Shown here one piece after another: positions 40,249-54,722 of a stretch of DNA of 64,000 nt. A program made the position numbers and the translations under genes. Positions within the stretch are counted from its first letter, which is position 1, and each line of letters starts with the position of its first letter. Source of the DNA: Octopus vulgaris (Eukaryota); the NCBI GenBank assembly GCA_951406725.2, contig OX597814.1:85498001-85562000 (forward strand), given 5' to 3'. Below the pieces are notes generated by a model, which saw only the letters and a list, made by a program, of their open reading frames with translations, ran no database searches and was not told the origin of the DNA.

Positions 40249-41625
40249 TATGTGTGTGTTTTGCATGTTGTCTCATTTGCAGTGTGTGATATTGTTGCTT
40301 TGTTATGTATCCCAAGTCAGCTTAGATTGATCAAAAACCTTCCAACCGTGATCATCTCATCTTTCCGATTACCTAGTACAACATTATCCTATAAGACCAT
40401 TTTTGTTTTTCTGAGAGACAGTTGGGGGTTTATTGGAGCTTGATGTGGCTGTTATTTCCACAAAATCAACCGACCACGTAGTGCGTATATGAGCAATTTT
40501 TGTACGTGTTGTATGTGTGTGTGTGTATGAATTTGTGTGTGCATGCGTGTGTGTTTATTTGTGTGTGTGTGTGTATGTGTATTTGTGTGTGCATTTGTGT
40601 GCGTGTGTTGCCTCATGGTGTAAGAGTGTGTGTACCTGTGTTGTATGAATGAGTATGTGTGAATTGTGTGAGGCATAATTTGCATTGAATGTGTGTGTAT
40701 GTGTGTGCATGTGTGTGTGAGTGTGTATCTGAGTGTGTGCGTGCGTAAGCGTGTGTATGTGTGCGTGTGTTTGTGAGTCTAAGTGTGGGCGTTTACAGTA
40801 TACTGAGTGTGTTTATATGGTATTGCATTATATGTTCATTGAGTATATGCTGTGTTCTGTGATGTGCGTATGAATGTACATGTATACATGTGTGTGTGCG
40901 TGCGTGCGTGCGCGCGTGCATGTATGTGCATGCGTGCAAGTGTGGTATATGTGCATGTATGCGTATGTGCGTGTGGGCTTATGTGTGTGTGTGTGTGTAT
41001 ATGCTGCTTCTGTTTTAGTGTTTACGTTATTATTTATCTCAAGGTTAGTCCTGTTCAAATAGACATGCCATAAAAGTAGTTCCAGTTTTGACCATCCCGT
41101 CAGTACCCTATGTGCCAGGAATCCAGGACCAACATTATAAGACAATAGAATATGAAAAATTAAAATTTGAAATTTGATTCATCAACTATTTTGCATCAAC
41201 CAGCTTGCATCAACTACCTTTTATCATTAGTTTGATTTGGGCCATCAAACATTGCTTTGCAAAAGTTCTACTGTGATATCAATGTAGTCGCGATTTCGTC
41301 TCACAATCTCTATTCTGGAACTCAGTCGGGCTTCAGATTTCCACCGTATAACTACTGGTATGTCACTTTTCATCTTTTGTCAACTGAAAGTTGAGCAGGA
41401 AAAATTAATAAAGTGACTGAATTGTACCGAATAAATAGAATCGAACATAAGGCCAAAACATTTGCTATGGCGAACAGTACAGACCATCAGTTGAATACAT
41501 TCATTCTGCTCTGATAATGATAAATATGATAACCTTCCAGGGTACTTCCCACAAAACTGAAATGTTCTTTCGTGACAAGATTAAAGTCTGACATGTTTTT
41601 TAAATATTTTTGAATTGTTCGTAAT

Positions 41626-43577
41626 TCTTTCTACTATAGGAGCAATGTCTGAAATTCTGAGAGTGATCAACTGGTTTCTTATTTTTATCGATCTCGACAG
41701 GATGAAAAGCAAAGTCGACCTCGCCGTAATTTGAACTCAGAACGTAAAAAGCCGGTGGGAATGATTCTAAGCATTTTGCCCGATGCTAAGCATTCTATCA
41801 TGATTTGCCTGATGCTAAGCATTCTCCCAGCTCGCTGCCTTTGAATTGTCAATAATTGGTTTCGAATTTTGGCACAGGACAGCCATTTCGGTAGATGAGG
41901 CAAATCGATTACATCGACCCAGTTTTCGACTGGTACTTATTTGAACACAGAACATGAAGACGAACAAAATGCCGCTAAGCATTTTGCCTGATGTGCTTGC
42001 AATTCTGCCAGCTCGCTGCCTTTGAATTGTTAATAATTGACCAACATTACCGTGAGGGATAGATAAAAATAAGAGAAACGTGTTAAAATGAAAAGAGAAT
42101 AATAGAGAATATTTGAATTCGAACAAAATACAATAATTTTCTGCAAAGAATAAAATAGAAAACTGCTTTGAGAAAAACAAACTATTAAGAGTTATAATTC
42201 ATATCGGAAAATAGATATGAAGCAATAAAGACTGTTCTGTGATTTTTGTTTTTATTTTCCGGGTAGATTTCATCTCAATTTTGTGAGATTATATCTTGCA
42301 ACCAAAAATGTCTCTTTCTGACTCAAAATTTGTTTGTCAGCTGTCGCAAAAGAATTTAGTTGGAGAAGATAATTTTATGATTAAATTCTAAAGTCAATAT
42401 GGCAAATCTAGCGAAAGCATCAATACTCTCCTACTTCTTTATATTCACACTTTTTGCGGGAGACCAGTGCACTGAGTCTATAACGTTTTTAATCACCCGA
42501 ATAAACGAAGGCCATGCAATATATATATATATATATATATAAAACAATGTGAAACATTGTAGCTGTGCACAATGAAAAGAGAATCTATTGGTTAATAATT
42601 TTCAGTCAATTAGTCCTAACCATGGGACTTCGTTTCGCTTCTATTCATGCGTTGCATATTTCTTATACAAAAAAACAATTTGAATCAAAATAAAAAAGGA
42701 AAATATTCAAATCAATATTATATCGGTTCCGTATTTAGACACAAGACCTGCAGTTTTGTGGTGAGGTCTGTACAATCGATTTCTGTACAACCGATCCCTG
42801 TACTTCACTGGTACTTTATTTTAACGATCCCGAAAAGTTGCAAACGATAAGCTAGCAGAATCGTCAGTACGTCGGGAAAAATGTTTAACGGCATTTCTTC
42901 GGTTTTTTGTTTGTTTTTGCGTTCGGGATCGATTATGTATCGATTTCAAATTTTGGCAGAAAGCCAGAAATTTCGAGGGAGTGGATAAGTCGATTACATC
43001 GACCTCCAGTGTTCAACTAGTACTTATTTCACCGACCCCGAAAAGATGAAAGGCAAAGTTGACCTCGGCGGAATTTGAACTCAGAACGTAATTGCCGCTA
43101 AGCATTTTGCTCGACTTGCTAACGATTCTCCCAGCTCGCCGCCTTAGGGAGGATTAAATTATATCAGTTGAGCATTGGTATTGATGTAAGCGACTAACAC
43201 CCTCCCTGATAATTTCAGGCCTTGTGCCTAATGTAGAAGGAAAGCTGACCGCGTCAGAATTTGAATTCAGAACGTAAAAGGTAGGAAGAAATACAATGAA
43301 ATATTTTCTCCGACGCTTTAAAGATTCTTCCAGCAGAATTTTTCCCTTTAGATCGGTGTTATATTGGTTTCAAATTTTGGCACAAGGCCAGCAATTTCGG
43401 GGAAGGATTAGATCGATTACATCGCCTCCAGGGTTCACCGGGTACTTATTTTATCGACCCCGAAAGGATGAAAAACATAGTTAACATCGGTAGCATTTGA
43501 ACTGAGAACGTAAAGAGAGACGAAATACCGCAAAGCATTTTGCCCGGCGTGCTAACGACTCTGCCAGCCCGATACCT
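41626..43577 (-). mobile_element. Cluster of diverged SINE family 1 copies, mostly minus strand, with unique spacers
   Basis: Repeated CGACCCCGAAA.GATGAAA.GCAAAGT.GACCTCG..ATTTGAACTCAGAACG near 41690, 43030 and 43455; partial copy near 41940. Confidence 0.8.
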
Positions 43578-44094
43578 TAGATCGATATTGTATTGGAATG
43601 TGATTATAGTTTTTATATAATCTAAATTTATTGCATAATTTAAGTTTATCATCGAAGTTTTATAAATATTTACTGCTTAGATATTTTATGTAAGGTTCAA
43701 TAAAAGAAAGGTGTAACTTTATGAGGTACTAAAAAATAAATTATATATAGAACAAACGGATGCTGGTATTGTCATTTACAGTATTGGTGATAGCTTTCTT
43801 TGCTAATCTTGGTATTCTAGTTGTGTTTCAGTACTACGATTCGATCCAAACACATACACATATATACACGTAGACGTTGACACATGTACAGACAGATAGA
43901 CAGACACGCGCTCGCGCACGCACACACATACACACACATACACACACCTAAAGTGATTTATATTTTTATGTATAATTAGCATAGTACTCGTAAAATGACG
44001 AGTTTTATTTCAGTATTGAATAAATTATGCAAACTTCATTTATATGAATAAGTAGGTTAGACACAGTGACACTGTCTTATCCAGAAAGATATAT

Positions 44095-44242
44095 ATTTCT
44101 TTACTACCCACAAGGGGCTAAACACAGAGGGGACAAACAAGGACAGACAAAGGGATTAAGTCGATTACATCAACCCCAGTGCGTAACTGGTACTTAATTT
44201 ATCGACCCCGGAAGGATGAAAGGCAAAGTCGACCTCGGCGGA
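44095..44242 (-). mobile_element. SINE family 1, 5'-truncated
   Basis: Matches the 3' half of the 10672 copy. Confidence 0.88.
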
Positions 44243-44511
44243 AAGCTGATGGTAAAGTATGAGCAGTTGGGGTAACAGAGTGAAAGAGAGGAGAAAAACA
44301 TTGTTGTCAATACGTGAATATAAAATTTGTTAGTGACTCTCTCCATTACCTAAATATTCTTTCATACATACATACATATACATATATATATATATATATG
44401 GGGAGAGTTTTTGTACGTATGTATATTTATATATTTTCCTGAGCGCCTAATAATAATAATACTGTAATTGTTCCACGTGTTGTTGTTTTTTCTGTTTTCC
44501 CGTTTGGATTA

Positions 44512-44568
<57 letters not shown>

Positions 44569-44617
44569 TATATATATATATTATATATATATATATATAT
44601 TATATATATATCCACAT

Positions 44618-44900
44618 GGAGGCGCAATGGCCATGTGGTTAGGGCAGCGGTCGTAGGATCGCGGTTTCGATTACCAGACCGAGCGTTGTGAGTGTTTATT
44701 GAGCGAAAACACCTTAAAAGCTCCACGAGGCTCCGGCAGGGGGTGGTGATCCCTGCTGTACTCTTTCACCACTCTTTCTCTCACTCTTTCTTCTGTTGGC
44801 CTACTCCCTTAGCCATTCGAAGGCTAAAACAATGCGAACTCATTGTGACCAGCGATGTGTAACAACATCTGATGGTCTGGTCGGTCACGTGATCACGTGA
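44618..44900 (+). mobile_element. SINE family 3
   Basis: Head GGAGGCGCAATGGCC..GTGGTTAGGGCAGCGG..GGTTTCGATT; tail GGTCACGTGATCACGTGA shared with 18481 and 9501-9580. Confidence 0.85.
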
Positions 44901-44997
44901 TACACACACACTCACACACACACACACACATATATATATGCCAATATACATATATATGTATATATATATATACATATATATATACACATAAGTATAT

Positions 44998-45078
<81 letters not shown>

Positions 45079-45081
<3 letters not shown>

Positions 45082-46263
45082 GCATGCAGGAAGTAAAGAG
45101 ACACCTTTAATTTTCTAAATCAAACAATTGAAATATAATCGATAGGTAGGACTACATACTTTAGTATTTAGTTGACATTCCTTTTGCAGTTTTTAATTCA
45201 GAAACTCTTTTTGGCAACTGATGAGTTTTGTGATTGTCTCTTGTGGAATTTCTGCCACTTTTCACGCAACAATCGAAACAATTCATCTTTAGATTTATGC
45301 TTTTGTCGAGTTTTTCGTATAGCTCTATCTAGTATGCTCCAAAGATTTTCAATTGGGTTCATGTCAGGTGATTGGTTCGGCCAAAGAAGCTTTCTGATCC
45401 CATTTTCAGTCAACCATTGTTGTTTCCTTTTCGCTGTGTGGAATGGAGCCCCATCTTCCATGAATAAAAACTCATTTTTCGTTATGCTATCGTGTGAATA
45501 CATCGGAAGTAGTCCTTGCTTAAGTATTTCGATGTAGATTTCAGAGTTTATGGTTTCAATACATTCGATCAGCTCAGAACGACCATTGCTGGTGACAGCT
45601 CCCCATACCATTACAGAGATACTGCCATGTTTCACAGTTGGTTGGAGTCGTTTCAAATCAAATTCTTGATTGGGAATCCTCCAGACCCAAACACGTCCAC
45701 TGTCTGAATTTAATGTAAATCTGGATTCATCTAAGAAAATAACTCTATCCCAAAATAAACTGGACTTTTCTGACATCTCCTAAGCCCATTTCTTTCTTTT
45801 CATGATATTAATTGGTTGAAGGAGAGGTTTCTTCTAGCTGCTCGTCCATAATAACCAAGCTTATGCAGATATGTAACACGCGTTCTTGGACTAACTTCTA
45901 GCTGTTTTGCAATGTCAGAAGCCTTCGAATGGGGTTTGTTTTCCACAATTCTCTTCCACATGGCTTTTGAATTGTACTATAATTCTATTGACAGTAGCAA
46001 GAGGAATTTGAAGATTTTCGGCAACTTTTCGCTGGCCAAGTCTAGCCTCAGATTGCCCAACAATACGACCTCTTTGAAAATCTGACAGTTCTGCTAAATG
46101 TTTTGTACGTGGCATGGTTACTCTTCGCAAATGTTTAATATAATGGCACCTGGCACGAAAAAGAATAATTACATTGTAAATTTTACACGGCTGAAAACAT
46201 ATTAAGACGCTTAGATGAGAAATTTAAAAAATTTAAGTTGTCTATTTACTTCCTGCATGTCTG
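45079..46263 (-). mobile_element. Full-length Tc1 (DD34E) transposon, transposase disrupted
   Basis: TIRs CAGGCATGCAGGAAGTAAAGAGACA / TGTCTATTTACTTCCTGCATGTCTG, TA on the left; transposase about 46115-45161: MPRTKHLAELSDFQRGRIVG, FLDESRF, FMEDGAPFH, WPNQSPDMNPIENLW. Confidence 0.95.
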
Positions 46264-46299
46264 TGTACATGTATGTGTATGTATGTATGTATGTATGTA

Positions 46300-46909
46300 T
46301 CTCTTATTATAAAAGGCAGATTTTATCTGCCTCCCTTTGGGAGTTATACAAATCTACAATATAGGATTTCTTCAATTACAATTTACCTAGCAATTTTAAG
46401 AGTACAATGCATCGCGTCATGCCAGGTCCAGTTTTTAAAATTTAAACTCCAATTAAGCAAAATTTACAGAAAACTCACATTCTGGTGTGTGTGTCAAATG
46501 CTTTTCTTAGTCTGGTTTACACCACACGCAAACGCACACACACAGTGGGCAAGGAATAAAATGAAAGTAATTCACTTACTGTAGTGAGTGATTATTTCAC
46601 TCTGCCTCCCACTTCCTTTTACACACATAGAAAAAACTTTTATTTTTTTACATAAGTAATGAGAGCGAAAGAGACTAAGAGAAAGCGATTGTATGACGAG
46701 AGAAGTTCCTTTGAAGTTACCGTGCATGGGACTCATTGATGTACATGTGTGTGTGTGTGTGTGTGTTTGATGGAGTGTGGGAGACAGACAGTATGTTGTG
46801 TAAGTGAAGTGCTTCTGTTAGTGTGTGTGAAGAGACAGAGAGAATAATGTGTGAAAGAGAGAGATAACTGAAATTTTTTACTCGGTTTATGTGTATATGT
46901 ATGTATGCA

Positions 46910-46948
<39 letters not shown>

Positions 46949-47809
46949 GTGTGTGTATGTATGTATTTATATATAAAAGAAAGGTTGTGTGTCTGTCTAC
47001 TCCGATTTAGATTCCTAACTACTCCCACATTTTGCGATGCAGTTTAACCAAAACCGGGTATCTTATAGTCGTGATTCATATCGAGCCCTTCTGGGTATTA
47101 GCGCGCGTCTACGATGAGTCTATGATTTTACAAATAATTTACCATCATTTTTGTCCATTTTAATGCATATTTTTAAAAATAAACGGAAGTAACTCTCAAA
47201 CTTCACACCAATATGCGTGCTCATATGCGACGTAATATCACATCACCAGCATTTCCTCACACTCTCCTTGCACTTGGCGAAGGCAAAATACCAGGGGATG
47301 AAAATGGTAATATTGCCGTCGATTCCATTTGTACCATTGTTAAGACGCCTTCTGATCTCAGAGATGCAGTGTTCCCAGATTTACAAGCTAATTATCAGAA
47401 TATGGATTGGATTGGCAAAAAGGCTATACTGGCCCCGAGGAATAAAACTGTTCACCATATTAATGATGAAATGCTAAAACTCATTCCTGGGGAAGTCGAT
47501 GTATATCAGTCTATCGATACAACTCCTGACCCAGAGGACGTCATCAACTATCCAATAGAGGTACTCAATTCCTTTGAGCACCCCGGACTACCACCACACT
47601 TTCTCAAACTTAAAGTTAGTGCCCCTATAATGCTCATCAGAAATTTGGTTCCCCCAAAACAATGCAATGGCACACGTTTGGCGTTAAGTCCTTATCTCCC
47701 ACCGTAAGCTTATTTCAATATTTGCCTGAATAATCATCATAATTCAGTGCAATCATTAACAGTACTTTCAAGCAATTCAGCCCCGAGCAACGCCGGGCAA
47801 TTCTGCTAG
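46300..47809 (+). mobile_element. Helitron unit 1 (composite, with helicase fragment)
   Basis: 5' A|TC start; 3' hairpin CCCG-AGCAACGC-CGGG followed by CTAG at 47806-47809; internal second 5'-like end near 46965. Confidence 0.85.
47213..47707 (+). pseudogene. Helitron PIF1-like helicase fragment
   Basis: AILAPRNKTVHHIND, YQSIDT, YPIEVLNSFEHPGLPPHFLKLKVSAPIMLIRNL..CNGTRL. Confidence 0.92.
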
Positions 47810-49745
47810 TCTTATTATAAAAGGCAGATTTTATCTGCCTCCCTTTGGGAGTTATACAAATCTACAATATAGGATTTCTTCAATTACAATTTACCTAGCA
47901 ATTTTAAGAGTAGAATGCATCGCGTCATGCCAGGTCCAGTTTTTAAAATTTAAACTCCAATTAAGCAAAATTTACAGAAAACTCACATTCTGGTGTGTGT
48001 GTCAAATGCTTTTCTTAGTCTGGTTTACAGCACACGCAAACGCACACACACAGTGTGCAATGAATAAACTGAAACTAATTCACTGTGTGTTGACAGGTAG
48101 AAAATAGAATGCGATGGCGATGGCTATGGCGATGGCGATGTAATATTTGTTTCTCTCTATGACGCTCATAAAAGCATTGATGTACATGTGTGCGTGCGTG
48201 AGTGTGTGTGTGTCATTCCTCACACACGCATACACATACATATATGAGAGTGGCAAACACAAACGTTTCAAACAACTACATACAAACACGTGTGTGTTTG
48301 TTATTAGTTAAAAAAGGCGCGAAAACACAACTCACTTATCATTCCAACACATTTGCAAAGACACACGGACGGTCGAATAACAATACAGAAAAGGTAAATT
48401 GGTTTTTATTTTACTCTGTATATATTTTATTATATAAAAAAAAATTTTGGTTAATGTGACCAAGCCGCCCGAATTTACCTATTCATATTTGAATGAGAAT
48501 ATCAGAGTAAATCTCTTTAGAACATTCGTGAAAACACGTATTATACTTCGTAAACAGTTCAACTACAGTTTTGTACAAAAATCGAAGTGTAATTTTAATT
48601 CCGTGAATTATGGGAGATTTTTTTCCGAAATTTGTTCCTATTGTGTTTTCAAAATTTGTAATTCTGACAAAAAATGGATACGAATTTCATTATATCAAGC
48701 AGCGAGTCAGAATTCGAAGGATTTTCTACTGAAGACCTTCATAAATCTAACTCTATGACTGAAAAAAAAAAGCATGTGGTATTTGATCTCAACCTAAACA
48801 AAGCGAAAGAAACGATAGTTTGTTATTTCCCACAACCTTAAATGAAATTAAGGCCTATTTTGCCATAAATATTATTATGGATATTAGAAAGTTACCCAGA
48901 ATAACAAATTCTATCGTAAAATTTTGTTGTATACCCAATTGAATATTAGCTAATAACCCATTTTCTATAGCGATGTTTGAACAAAATTTTAATAATTTTA
49001 TATATTGTTGAATTTACCTGTATCTACCTGCAATTAGAGTCACTTTGTGACAAAAATTATAGTATAGAATTGGTTGAGAACATTTCACTAAATTATCTTC
49101 CAAAAATCAGATTAATATATTCATAAATAAAAAAGTTATAGTTGTTTAATGAAACCAGACTAAATTTATGATTACGTTAGAAATTAATTGAAACACATAA
49201 GGGGTGTATTTTGGTCAGAAATATAGTAACGAAAGGGTTAAGAAAAACCAAAAAATATTTTATTCTTTGTAAATGTTGTGTTCAAAATAACATTTTCTTT
49301 TAAGAATGTGTATATAACAAAGTATGTGTATATAACTACGTGGCTTATATCTTTATATATAAGAGTGAAGTTGTGTGTCTGTCTCCTACGATTTAGATTC
49401 GTAACTACTCCCACATTTTGCGGTGTAGTTTAACCAAAAGCGGGTATCTTATAGTCGTGATTCATATCGAGCCCTTCTGGGTATTAGCGCGCGTCTACGA
49501 TGAGTCTACGATTTAAAAAAAATTTACCATCATATTTTTCCATTTTAATGCATATTTTTCGTTATTATATAAGGGAAGTAACTCTCTAAAAATATCTACG
49601 ATGTGTCAACGATTTAAAAAAAAATTACCTTAATTTTTTTTCAATTTTTAATGCATTTTTTGCTATCTTTTGGCTATAACTCTCTAAAAATGCTTATATA
49701 GTTATTTCCCTTACAAACCCGAGCAACGCCGGGCGATACTGCTAG
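47810..49745 (+). mobile_element. Helitron unit 2, head-to-tail with unit 1
   Basis: First ~270 bp nearly identical to 46302-46575; 49350-49560 matches 46965-47175; ends with the same hairpin and CTAG|T at 49745. Confidence 0.85.
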
Positions 49746-49797
49746 TGTATGTATGTATGTATGTATGTATGTATGTATATGTGTGTGTGTGTGTGTA

Positions 49798-49866
<69 letters not shown>

Positions 49867-49952
49867 CAAATTTACAGAAAACACAAGACGAAGATAGGAG
49901 TATAAACAACAACCCGGTGTATTCATTTAACACTCGGGAAGAAAGGAAAAGT

Positions 49953-49988
49953 CTTTGACGTTTCGAGCCTACGCTCTTCGACAGAAAA
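49953..49988 (-). ncRNA. Minimal hammerhead-like motif with variant core CUGUCGA
   Basis: Minus strand TTTT-CTGTCGA-A-GAGC-GTAG-GCTC-GAAA-CG-TC-AAAG. Confidence 0.5.
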
Positions 49989-50241
49989 TGTTTAGAAGAG
50001 AAAAAACAGAGAGAAAACGGGGGGAAACGGAGAAGAAAAGTGTGTGGGGATTAACGGTTCAACATGATGAAGTGGTCGAAAGAAAGAGGTCTGAGTGAAA
50101 GAGAGATAATAACGGTGACCCGGACGAACTAAATTGCGCAAGTGCGTGTGTAAGAATGGCGTGTGTGAGTGTGTATATGTGAATGGGTGCAAATGCATGA
50201 GTATGTATGTATGTATGTATGTATGTATGTATGTATGTATG

Positions 50242-50275
<34 letters not shown>

Positions 50276-50594
50276 TGTATGTATGTATGGGGTGCTTGAA
50301 ATTATGTGAGCTTGTGTGTGTGTGTGTGTGTTCATAAGTAACCTAGTGTAAAATTTTGTGGAGTGATATGCGTTTCATGTACTAATGTGAGTGTGCGACT
50401 GAACATATATATTGTACGAACTTTTTCCACCTTTCAAGGGTAATTTAACCATTATTTTTGCTGTTCTAACATAACATTATTTCTGCTGTTATTTTCGAAA
50501 AAATATCTTTTTGTTTGTACCGTAGAATACACGTTCGAACGCTTCTAATAAAAACAAATATAAGTTTGTTTACTCACACACGCACGCACACACG

Positions 50595-50653
<59 letters not shown>

Positions 50654-50902
50654 CAAAACAGGTAACTGGAAATGTCTTGCTATCCCTTTTGATATTAATA
50701 ATAAATAATACCAACAAATTTCCAATTTCCTATTTCGTTATACAATAACTTTGCATTTAATATTTCCATTATTCTCAATTCTAATAAGTATTTTTGAACT
50801 AATATGTAGCAAAAATTAAAGTTGCATAATGGATTGTAATAATGGAATAAGCAGATGTGCTTCAAGAGGAAAACAGGTGAGGTTTACCAAACTACCTACA
50901 CC

Positions 50903-50946
<44 letters not shown>

Positions 50947-51582
50947 GTAAGCGTCGAACGATGAAATGAGTGTTCAACTCTGCATTGGTAGATATATAAT
51001 ATCTTTATATGTGAATTAAGGCTCCCATTGCTTTTATGTTAAGAGAAGTAGGAAAATATTCTAATGTCATTATAATTTTTCACACCTTTCTCCATGTGAT
51101 CGGCTTGAAGAATTGTTAAGACACTAGGATATTTTCCTACTTTTCTTAACATGAAACCAATGGTAGCTTTAATTCACAAATAAAGAATATATATATATGA
51201 ATATTTAAAACAAGGTTGCGAGCAAATGACAATCTCCGTTCAATTATCGACTTCAAAAATACAATACTGAAACGAAACCTTGTCAGTTTCATTTTATCAC
51301 AATATTTCTTAAGTCGTGTGTGTGTGTGTGTGTGTATGTGTGTGTGTGTGTGCTCGCGCGCGTGTATGCATTTATGTGTGTTTGCGTATGTATGTATATA
51401 TGCAAGTAGATTCGTACATATGTGCATGTAATTATATAGGTCTCTTGCGCGTGCTACTCATAGCATGTATACCAGTACAACTTGTTGCATGGCTGTCAAG
51501 CTTCTGAACGCCTCGCATGATAATCAAAATCTGCGAAGGGATGGATAAACTAGGGTGAGTCGATGACCAACCTATAACGTGT

Positions 51583-52078
51583 CGCAGGCATGGTTGTATG
51601 GTTAAGAAGCTCGCAACTCATTTCTGTAGCTGAGTGAACTGGAGCAATGTGAAATAAGATGTCTTGCCCAAGAACACAACATGATTGTGAGGCCGATGCT
51701 CTAACCACTGAGCTATACACCTTCACGGTCGATAATATACAGGCTTAGCAGTGTGGGCAGTTGTCTTCTAATATAGCATTGGGCTGACCAAAGCCTTGTG
51801 AGTGGATTTGGTAGACGGGAACTGTAAGAATCCCATCGTATATGTATATATATATATGTATATTTATTTGTGTGTGTCTCTATTTATCATCCCACCATCG
51901 CTAGACAACCGTGTGTTTACCACCCCGTAACTTGCGGTTCAGCAAAAGAGACGCTTAGCAAGTACTAAGCTTACAAAGAATATGTCCTAGGGTCGATTTC
52001 TTCGACTAACACCGTTTAAGGCAGTGCTCTAGCATGGCGGCAGTCAAATGACTGAAACAAGTAAAAGAATAAAAGAAA
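51583..52078 (+). mobile_element. SINE family 2 with an inverted family-4 head inserted near 51620-51725
   Basis: Family 2 head, body and tail; the insert matches the reverse complement of the family 4 head. Confidence 0.75.
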
Positions 52079-52105
52079 GTTAAAGAAAAAGAATATATAT
52101 GTATA

Positions 52106-52390
52106 GCACACCGTCAGTTACCACAACGAGTGTTCCAGTTGATCTGATCGACGGAACATCTCCTGCTCCTCAGATTAACGTGCAAATAGCTAAGCGCTCC
52201 ACAGACACACATACCTTCAACGTAGTTCTCAAGGAGATACGGCGTGACACAAGATGTGACAAGGCTGACCCTTTGAAATACAGGTACTGCTCAATTTTGC
52301 CAGGTAAGTGGACTGGAACAACGTGAAATAAAATGTCTTGCTCAAGGACATAACGAGCCGTCGGGGTATCGAACTCACGACTTTGACTTG
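52106..52390 (-). mobile_element. SINE family 4
   Basis: Reverse complement of 54855-55181. Confidence 0.8.
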
Positions 52391-52640
52391 CAATCGGTGT
52401 TGATTTGTACGACTGAAACCTTTCGAGGTGGTGTCTCAGCATGGCCACAGTCCAATGACTGGAACACATAAAAAATAAAAAATGAGTGCGTGTGTGTCTG
52501 TGCATTTACATGCACATGGAAATACACATGAGATAAGAAAACTTTTACTTCAATCCTGGCAGTGCATGTACGTATGTGTAAACATTCATACAGCGTCACA
52601 GAACCCACAAGCAAATAGCGACATACAGAGATTTTATATT

Positions 52641-52945
52641 TGTTCCTTCTTGAGCCATGCCTGGCTCATAAGGACCGGTTTCCCGGTTTCCTTGGCGTAT
52701 AGGTTCCCCACCCGGACGGGACGCCGGTCCGTCGTTGGTGAGCTGCAAGATGCAAGATGCAGGAGGAAAGAGTGAAAGAAAGTTGTGGCGAAAGAGTCAG
52801 CAGAAGTTCGCCATTACCTTCTGCCGGTACCGCGCGGAGCTTAGGTGTTTCGCTCATAAACACACACATCGCCCGGTCTGAGATTCGGACCCGCGATCTC
52901 TCGAGTGCGAGTCCGCTGCTCTAACCACTAGGCTATGTTCCTGCA
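52641..52945 (-). mobile_element. SINE with family 3 head and a different tail
   Basis: Head matches 44618; 3' part ACGACGGACCGGCGTCCCGTCC..GAGCCAGGCATGGCTC; flanked by ACAGAGATT on both sides. Confidence 0.8.
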
Positions 52946-54503
52946 CACAGAGATTCTATTGTTATATTTAAATATTTTTCATAAGGAAGTTCATTGAAAA
53001 TGGCGAGAATACTCTTAGTGAAGACGAAATGAACATCTGCAGGGCAGTAGAATTATTCTAACACTTAGTTAGGTTCCGTTTCCGACCAACAGCCAAATGC
53101 CTTTTTATAGCAATAAATGGCGACGAATGTCTTCGTACTTTTAATTCGTAAACCACAGTGGGGGTCTGACTTTTCCGGACCATTAATATAATTCACTCTA
53201 CTCTCTGCATTGAACAATAAGTAATTACTTTTATTCCATCACTGCTCATCTCCAAAACCCCCTCCCCCCAAAAAACCAAAAAAAAAAAACAACAAAAGAT
53301 AGAGAGAATAGAAAACATGTGAATGATAAAAACGATATTATATATAATTACACATGAAAACATGTATGTATGCACGCGTGAGTAACTGTTACGTGACTAT
53401 TCCAATATATGTGTATAAAAGTATGCGTATGTCTGCGCGAGCATATAATTTCCATTTTATGATACGTATATGCATTACATGCATTTATTTGCTTTTATAA
53501 CGACGCTGATATCTTTTATATCTTCAGATATCACTGCTCAGATATCCTTTCGTCTATGATATGATAAATAGCTTGTCGATGGCATGTTATATGGCTCGAA
53601 GCATGTTATATAGCTCGAGGCATGTTATTACTGCTGGAGAATTCAATACACGCATATTTGTTTTCAGCCAGATTGCTTGACGCATTTGTCCTCGTTTTCA
53701 CTTGATGGACGAACGTGTAATGTTACTTAATACGTTTCTATTGAACATAGAAGATAGTGAGTGGTTAATGGTGGTAACAAAAACGGAGGTGGATGGTATG
53801 TGGTGTGGTTAGTAGTGGTGGTGGTGGTGGTGGCGTTAATGGAGGACGGTGTAGTGGTGGTAGTAATGGTATAATACAATAGAATTACTTAGTGTTAACG
53901 ACGGTAGTGCTCGACGAAGAAATAAAATCGTTCCAGCCATTACCAGCGCTTCTTATTTTCAAGTAAAGTATATTCCCGAACTACATTATCCTTCTTGGGT
54001 CCCTTTTTCTTAAAACGATTGGGTTTGGATTGAAGAGATTTTAGCAGTTATTTCTTGCGGATGGAATGACTATTAAGAGGCTGTATGTTTGGGTTCGTGG
54101 TTGTGTTTGTACTGTGGTTGATATTGGCAGTGATACTAATAGCTCTTTCTACTATAGGTGCCAGGCCTGAATTTTTGTGGCGTGGAGTAAGTCGATTGCA
54201 TCGATCCAAGTGCTCAACTGGTACTTATTAAAAGGACAACTGGCAAAGTTGAACTCAGAATGTAAAGAGCCAGAAGAAATGTTGCAAAGCATTTTGTCCG
54301 GCGAGGTAACGATTCTGTCAGCTTGCTGCCTTGACTGTAGTATTAGCAGTGTCGAGAGAGGTATCAATGTGAATATAACTCCAAGGAAACTATAATCGAG
54401 GAAAAACATACCACCCGTGGCAATCTTGTCAATTTTTTTAATATCCAGAATGGTAATACCTCGGATCAGCTGTTGTGGTGTGTATTTTATCACACTAGCG
54501 CAA

Positions 54504-54722
54504 TACGATGGGGTGCTGAAAAGTTCTTGGCTTTAAGGGTGTCGCAAAAGGCCTGGTTGGGGGTCCAACCTCCGAGTTCTTTAGTGGGTTTAGAAAAACT
54601 GAAGGACCGCTGCAATAAATGTGTGAATCTGAGAGGGGAATATGTTGAATAAAATCATAATTAACTGATTCTCCTATATTTTCTTTTACCCAAAGCCAGG
54701 AACTTTTCAGCATCCACTCGCA
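54504..54722 (+). mobile_element. Mariner-derived MITE
   Basis: TIRs GTGCTGAAAAGTTCTTGGCTTT / AAAGCCAGGAACTTTTCAGCAT; retains the C-terminal codons RCNKCVNLRGEYVE*. Confidence 0.85.

Noticed and set aside
41200-41420. Possible RT remnant (FAKVLL, TQSGFRF)
   Set aside because: Too short and decayed to assign with confidence.
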